Shown here: in pieces, positions 59,653 through 64,000 of the stretch
Position numbering within the stretch: position 1 is the stretch's first letter
How the letters are laid out: each line of letters begins with the position of its first letter
NCBI GenBank assembly: GCA_963638555.1
Contig: CAVHQU010000004.1
Coordinates: 65,993-129,992 of the forward strand
DNA length: 64,000 bases
Direction: 5' to 3'
From: a bacterium
GTDB lineage: Bacteria > Bacillota_I > Bacilli_A > RFN20 > CAG-826
The notes under the pieces: model-generated
Databases searched by the model: none
Told to the model about the DNA's origin: nothing
What the model saw: only the letters and a program-made list of their open reading frames with translations
Position numbers and translations under genes: made by a program

Positions 59653-60684
59653 ATGAAAAAACCAGTCTTAATTATACTCCCTTTATTGTTAACTTCGTGC
59701 TCATCTAATGAAAGTTCCGCACAAAATTCATATATTTCCCAAGATGGATGGTATTTTGGTACTTCGATGAGTGTCACGCTATTTGACTCATCTAAGGAAG
59801 TGCTGGAACATGTTTTCCAAATATTTTCTGATTATAGCGATTTAACTGATGCTTATTATCCACATGCCGGAACCGATCTTAAACAAATTAACAATATCTA
59901 TTATTTAAATAAGGATGAAAACGAAGGAAAGGAAATTGAGGTAGATTCACGCTTAGCATCTCTTTTGTCATTTGGAAACGAAATGAGAAATAAAACCTGT
60001 CTTCAAACTCCAGGAACTGATGCAGTTTATTACTTCAATCCTTTGATAGGAAATTTATCCTCTTTATGGAAAAACTTCATAGATAACAAAACGACTTTTC
60101 CTACTGATGAAAGGATTTCTCAATTACTCGATGAAATGAATTCATCTAAATTAGTAATCAATGGAAACATCATAAAAAGAAGTGGTAAGGGGAAAATTGA
60201 TGTTGGTGCTTATGCTAAAGGATATGTAGTTAAGATTGTTCAAGATTATCTAAAAGAGCAAGGTGTAACAAGATATTACATTAATGGCGGATCATCATCA
60301 TTGGCCTTTGGAGAGAATTCAACAGGCGGAGCTTATAAAATTACAATAAGCAGCCTCAAAAATAATGGGTATTCTCAGGCATATTTCATGGCCGAAAATA
60401 CATCGGTTGGCACTTCGGGAGTTTCAGAACAAGGTAGAATATACCAAGGCAATACTTATTCACATATCGTTAATCCGAATACAGGTAGTGGTTTAGCTAA
60501 ATTTGATACAGTTTGCATTAAGACTGATGATGCAGCCGTTGCCGATATTTTAAGTACGGTTGTCTTTATCGGCGGGAAAGAATTAGCCGATGCTCTTAAA
60601 GAACAATTTTCTTTCGAGTACCTTCTTTACGACGGAGAGAATATTATTACTTCTAATAATTTGAATTTGGTATTGGAAAAATAA
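59653..60684 (+). CDS. FAD:protein FMN transferase (ApbE/Ftp-family lipoprotein)
   Basis: Lipobox LLTSCSSN. ApbE-like core GAYAKGYVVKIVQDYLKEQG...NGGSSSLAFGE. Confidence 0.75.
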   Translation: MKKPVLIILPLLLTSCSSNESSAQNSYISQDGWYFGTSMSVTLFDSSKEVLEHVFQIFSDYSDLTDAYYPHAGTDLKQINNIYYLNKDENEGKEIEVDSRLASLLSFGNEMRNKTCLQTPGTDAVYYFNPLIGNLSSLWKNFIDNKTTFPTDERISQLLDEMNSSKLVINGNIIKRSGKGKIDVGAYAKGYVVKIVQDYLKEQGVTRYYINGGSSSLAFGENSTGGAYKITISSLKNNGYSQAYFMAENTSVGTSGVSEQGRIYQGNTYSHIVNPNTGSGLAKFDTVCIKTDDAAVADILSTVVFIGGKELADALKEQFSFEYLLYDGENIITSNNLNLVLEK

Positions 60685-61091
60685 TGAAAGTGAAAGCATT
60701 TTTTAGGAAACATACTGGTGATTTCGTTGTTGGCTTTTCCTTACTAGCAATAACTTTTTCATTGTTGATTTATTATTTGATTCCAAGAAATTCTAACGGG
60801 AAGATTTATGCCAATGTTTATCATCAAAATTCTTTGATTTACGAAAAAATAGATTTATCGGTGAATAAAGAATATCCAATTAATATCCAAGACGGTGATT
60901 TGAACATTCAAATGATAGTTGAGGTTAAAGACGATAAAATCGGAATCGAGTCAAGCAATTGCTCTAATCAGTATTGTGTTCACCAAGGTTTTACAAATTC
61001 AACGATGCAGACCTTAATTTGCGCGCCAAATGAAGTAAGAGTTACTCTTTATTCAGAAACGGTCACATCAGATTCGGAGATTGTTATATGA
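60684..61091 (+). CDS. NusG-domain-II-like membrane-anchored protein
   Basis: N-terminal TM helix and a Cys-containing beta domain (SSNCSNQYCVHQGF...LICAPNEVRV). ATGA-type overlap with neighbouring genes. Confidence 0.5.
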   Translation: MKVKAFFRKHTGDFVVGFSLLAITFSLLIYYLIPRNSNGKIYANVYHQNSLIYEKIDLSVNKEYPINIQDGDLNIQMIVEVKDDKIGIESSNCSNQYCVHQGFTNSTMQTLICAPNEVRVTLYSETVTSDSEIVI

Positions 61092-61621
61092 AAAGAAGAT
61101 ATTCTATTCATAAAATAGCCTTTTTATCTGTCATGCTCGCTTTAGCAATTGTTTTAGGGTATGTTGAATCCTTCATTCCCACATGGATTCCTGGAGTCAG
61201 ATTGGGCTTGGCGAATTTAGTCGTCTTGATTTTGCTTTATTCATGCCCTTTTTATGAAGCGTTTATAATTTCGATCTTAAGAGTTTTTATTGTTGCATTA
61301 CTTAGAGGTACCATATTTCAAATGCCATTTTACATGTCCTTGTCTGGCGCCATATGTTCCTATTTAATAATGTGCTTATCTTACCTTCTCTTCGAAAAGA
61401 AATTTCATCTAATAACAATCTACGGAGTTTCATTATTGGGGGCTTTTGTGCATTCGCTCGCTCAAGTTGCCGTTGCGGCTATTTTTGTTGAACATGGATT
61501 CACAACATTCTACTATTTTCCTTTTATCGTCCTATTTTCTATGGCTAGTGGTTTACTGACTTCATTCCTTGCCGATAGGCTACTTTTGAGTGAACCAATA
61601 AAAAATATAAAAAATAATTAA
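61088..61621 (+). CDS. Gx-transporter / heptaprenyl-diphosphate-synthase-component-I-like membrane protein
   Basis: 177 aa, about 5 TM. The ApbE, NusG_II, Gx-transporter gene trio is a recurrent arrangement in Firmicutes. Confidence 0.5.
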   Translation: MKRRYSIHKIAFLSVMLALAIVLGYVESFIPTWIPGVRLGLANLVVLILLYSCPFYEAFIISILRVFIVALLRGTIFQMPFYMSLSGAICSYLIMCLSYLLFEKKFHLITIYGVSLLGAFVHSLAQVAVAAIFVEHGFTTFYYFPFIVLFSMASGLLTSFLADRLLLSEPIKNIKNN

Positions 61622-61689
61622 ATAAACATTTGTAAAACCATTTTTTAGAGATTACAATCATTTTGCAAAAAGAAAAGGAGCGATTCATA

Positions 61690-62577
61690 ATGAACGCAAA
61701 AAACATTAAATTAGGTCTCTTTGCTTTAGCAAGCGTTGCAATGCTCGCAAGCTGCGGATCAAAGGGAACAAGCTTAACACGTGCCGAAGCTGAAACAGAA
61801 CTTGACACAATTGCCGCCAAAACAGTTGACGCAACAAAACTTACTTACTCTGAAGGATGGGATAAGACAACGAACAGCACAGTTATCGCTGATTCAACCG
61901 CTGTTTACGCTTATCGCAAATTCAACACCGCTGTCACAAAAACAGTTGACAAGACCACAATAACAGTTTTTGAAGCTGGCACAGAAGCCTTCGCATATCA
62001 AGATGGCGATAACTATGTCATTGCTTATAGCGACGGAACAACAAAACAATATGTCACAACAACAAAAGACGTTGCCACAACATATGTTTCAACATTCATC
62101 ACTGTTGCAAACTCTTATGCAAACGGTTCTAATGGCCAAGCAAAAGGCACAGCCAATTGGTTAAGAGGATTCGATAAGACAGAAAAAGCAACAGGAAAAA
62201 CGACTCTTACAACCGAAGACCTTAACTCTTTAGATGCAAGCTGCACTGTTAAAGGCTATATCGGCAGCGAATCTTATACAAAATATGCTGATGGCGAAAT
62301 GACAGCAAACATCACCGCCATGTATCCATATCAACAATCTTTAATTGATCAAGGCGGAGAAAACTGCATTTACGAATTTAAGAACTATCAATTAACACGC
62401 CTCTCCAACAACTATCAAAAGTATGAAGAGAAGTTTGATTGGACAACAGCATCCACATCAACAAAGATTGGTTCCGACTATACATTAGTTCCAAGCACTG
62501 ATTTAGTTAATAATGCAGCCGTTCTTGCCAATGCTTTAACAGCCTTCTCCTATTTGGCCCATGGCTGGAGCGACTAA
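61690..62577 (+). CDS. Thr-rich lipoprotein of unknown function
   Basis: Lipobox LASCGSK. The ORF track starts at 61663. ATG 61690 follows AAGGAG. Confidence 0.6.
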   Translation: MNAKNIKLGLFALASVAMLASCGSKGTSLTRAEAETELDTIAAKTVDATKLTYSEGWDKTTNSTVIADSTAVYAYRKFNTAVTKTVDKTTITVFEAGTEAFAYQDGDNYVIAYSDGTTKQYVTTTKDVATTYVSTFITVANSYANGSNGQAKGTANWLRGFDKTEKATGKTTLTTEDLNSLDASCTVKGYIGSESYTKYADGEMTANITAMYPYQQSLIDQGGENCIYEFKNYQLTRLSNNYQKYEEKFDWTTASTSTKIGSDYTLVPSTDLVNNAAVLANALTAFSYLAHGWSD

Positions 62578-62597
62578 TTTAGCCAATTAGCAAAACT

Positions 62598-62626
62598 AGA
62601 GACCACTTATGTGGCCTCTTTTTTAT
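62598..62626 (+). terminator. Rho-independent terminator
   Basis: AGAGACCAC-ttat-GTGGCCTCT followed by TTTTTT. Confidence 0.5.
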
Positions 62627-62716
62627 TTAAGTATATCGGTAAAGTTTTATTAATACATTAATAACATTTTAAAAAGTGTTATTATAAAGGAGCATAAGGA
62701 GAATTATTAAAATTTT

Positions 62717-63964
62717 ATGCTTACAGTAGAAGACTTAAAAGATTTAAAAGGAAAGAAAGTCTACGTTCGCGTTGACTTTAACGTTCCACAAAAGAATGGC
62801 GTTATTCGCGATAACAATCGTATCAAGGCCGCTCTTCCAACAATTAATTATTTAGCCAATCATGGTGCTCGCCTTATTTTAATGAGCCACCTTGGCAAAA
62901 TTAAATGGAAAGAACCAGATGCAGCTAAGATCGAAGAAATGAAAAAAGCCAATGATATGGCTCCAGTTGCAAACGCTCTTCAAGAATTAGTTCCAGGAAA
63001 GAAAGTTTCTTTCTGCCCAGCCACACGTGGTGAAGAACTCAAAAATGCAGTTGCTGCTCTTAATGACGGAGATATCTTGCTCGTTCAAAATACACGCTAT
63101 GAAAAAGGCGAAGAAAAGAATGATGCAGAATTAGCAAAAGAATGGGCTTCATTAGCAGATATCTATGTTATGGACGCTTTCGGAAGCGCTCATCGTGCAC
63201 ACTCTTCCACAGTTGGCGTTCCATCCGTTTTAAAAGCAGAAGGAAAACCAGTCGCTTTAGGATATTTAATGATCAATGAAGTTGAAAACCTCACACGTTG
63301 TGTTGAAGTTAAAGATTCCGATAGACCATATGTTGCCATTCTTGGTGGTTTCAAAGTTTCTGATAAGATTAAAGTTATCGATTCTTTACTGAAGAAATGC
63401 GATTACGTCTTAATTGGCGGCGCTATGACGTATACCTTTAAAAAGGCTATGGGCATGAGCGTTGGCAATTCCCCAGTTGAAGAAGAACAATTGGAATATG
63501 CTCGTAAGTGCATTGTTGAAGCAAAGGGCCGCTTACTTTTACCAACTGATGCTATCGTTACGACGAATTTTGATCCAGCAGATACGAACCGCGTTATCAA
63601 AACGGTTGATACAATTATTGAAAAAGGTGGAAATATCCCAGATGGATTTGAAGGATGCGATATTGGACCAAAGACAGCTGAATTCTACAAAGAAATCATC
63701 TCCAAAGCCAAAATGGTATTCTGGAATGGACCTGTTGGCGTTTTCGAGCAAGATGAATTCCAAGCTGGTACAAAAGCAATTTGTGAAGCTATTGCAGGAT
63801 TAGAAGGAAAAGCCTTTACAGTTTGCGGTGGTGGTGATTCCGCATCTGCTGTTAAGCAATTCGGTTACAAAGAAACATTCTCACATGTTTCTACAGGTGG
63901 CGGAGCTTCCTTGGAAATGATCGAAAACGATGGACATCTTCCAGGCGTTGATGTTCTTCGCTAA
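62717..63964 (+). CDS. pgk: Phosphoglycerate kinase
   Basis: Conserved PGK blocks (RVDFNVP, GGGASLE...). 415 aa, with a short insertion near residue 60. Confidence 0.95.
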   Translation: MLTVEDLKDLKGKKVYVRVDFNVPQKNGVIRDNNRIKAALPTINYLANHGARLILMSHLGKIKWKEPDAAKIEEMKKANDMAPVANALQELVPGKKVSFCPATRGEELKNAVAALNDGDILLVQNTRYEKGEEKNDAELAKEWASLADIYVMDAFGSAHRAHSSTVGVPSVLKAEGKPVALGYLMINEVENLTRCVEVKDSDRPYVAILGGFKVSDKIKVIDSLLKKCDYVLIGGAMTYTFKKAMGMSVGNSPVEEEQLEYARKCIVEAKGRLLLPTDAIVTTNFDPADTNRVIKTVDTIIEKGGNIPDGFEGCDIGPKTAEFYKEIISKAKMVFWNGPVGVFEQDEFQAGTKAICEAIAGLEGKAFTVCGGGDSASAVKQFGYKETFSHVSTGGGASLEMIENDGHLPGVDVLR

Positions 63965-64000
63965 TTGGTGATTAAAATGAGAAAGAAATTACTACTTGGC

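Noticed and set aside
62717-63964. Unusual PGK length (415 aa)
   Set aside because: Explained by a short surface-loop insertion near residue 60. All catalytic blocks are intact. Not considered noteworthy.

Overview
Standard-code, low-GC chromosomal window from a Firmicutes-lineage bacterium (Mollicutes/Erysipelotrichia-like). Cues: many lipoproteins with ...SCG/ACG lipoboxes, 4-nt ATGA gene overlaps, pyruvate:ferredoxin oxidoreductase. The backbone is the conserved core: nusG-rplKAJL-(ybxB-like methyltransferase)-rpoBC, then rpsL-rpsG-fusA-tuf, and later uvrA, lgt, trxB-like, whiA, gap, pgk. Three accessory islets sit between core blocks. (1) ~21.0-41.9 kb, the main find: three paralogous RDD-family membrane proteins with large extracytoplasmic inserts; two giant surface lipoproteins built of repeated OB-fold plus Big_2 modules; a CUT1-type ABC importer (MalK-like ATPase, two permeases, two paralogous binding lipoproteins); two lipoprotein nucleases of the staphylococcal thermonuclease family (one fused to a lamin-tail-like domain); and three uncharacterised membrane/lipoprotein genes. 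Together this reads as a surface DNA-capture, degradation and product-import system. (2) Just past a tRNA-Lys: an orphan basic protein and a HEPN toxin paired with an XRE-HTH-fused nucleotidyltransferase antitoxin. (3) A secreted beta-rich protein plus lipoprotein, a convergent Sfp-type phosphopantetheinyl transferase, and an XRE regulator plus esterase next to a tRNA-Pro whose anticodon reads AGG. All calls come from reading the ORF translations and raw sequence. No searches were run. RNA and regulatory coordinates are approximate to +/-2 nt.
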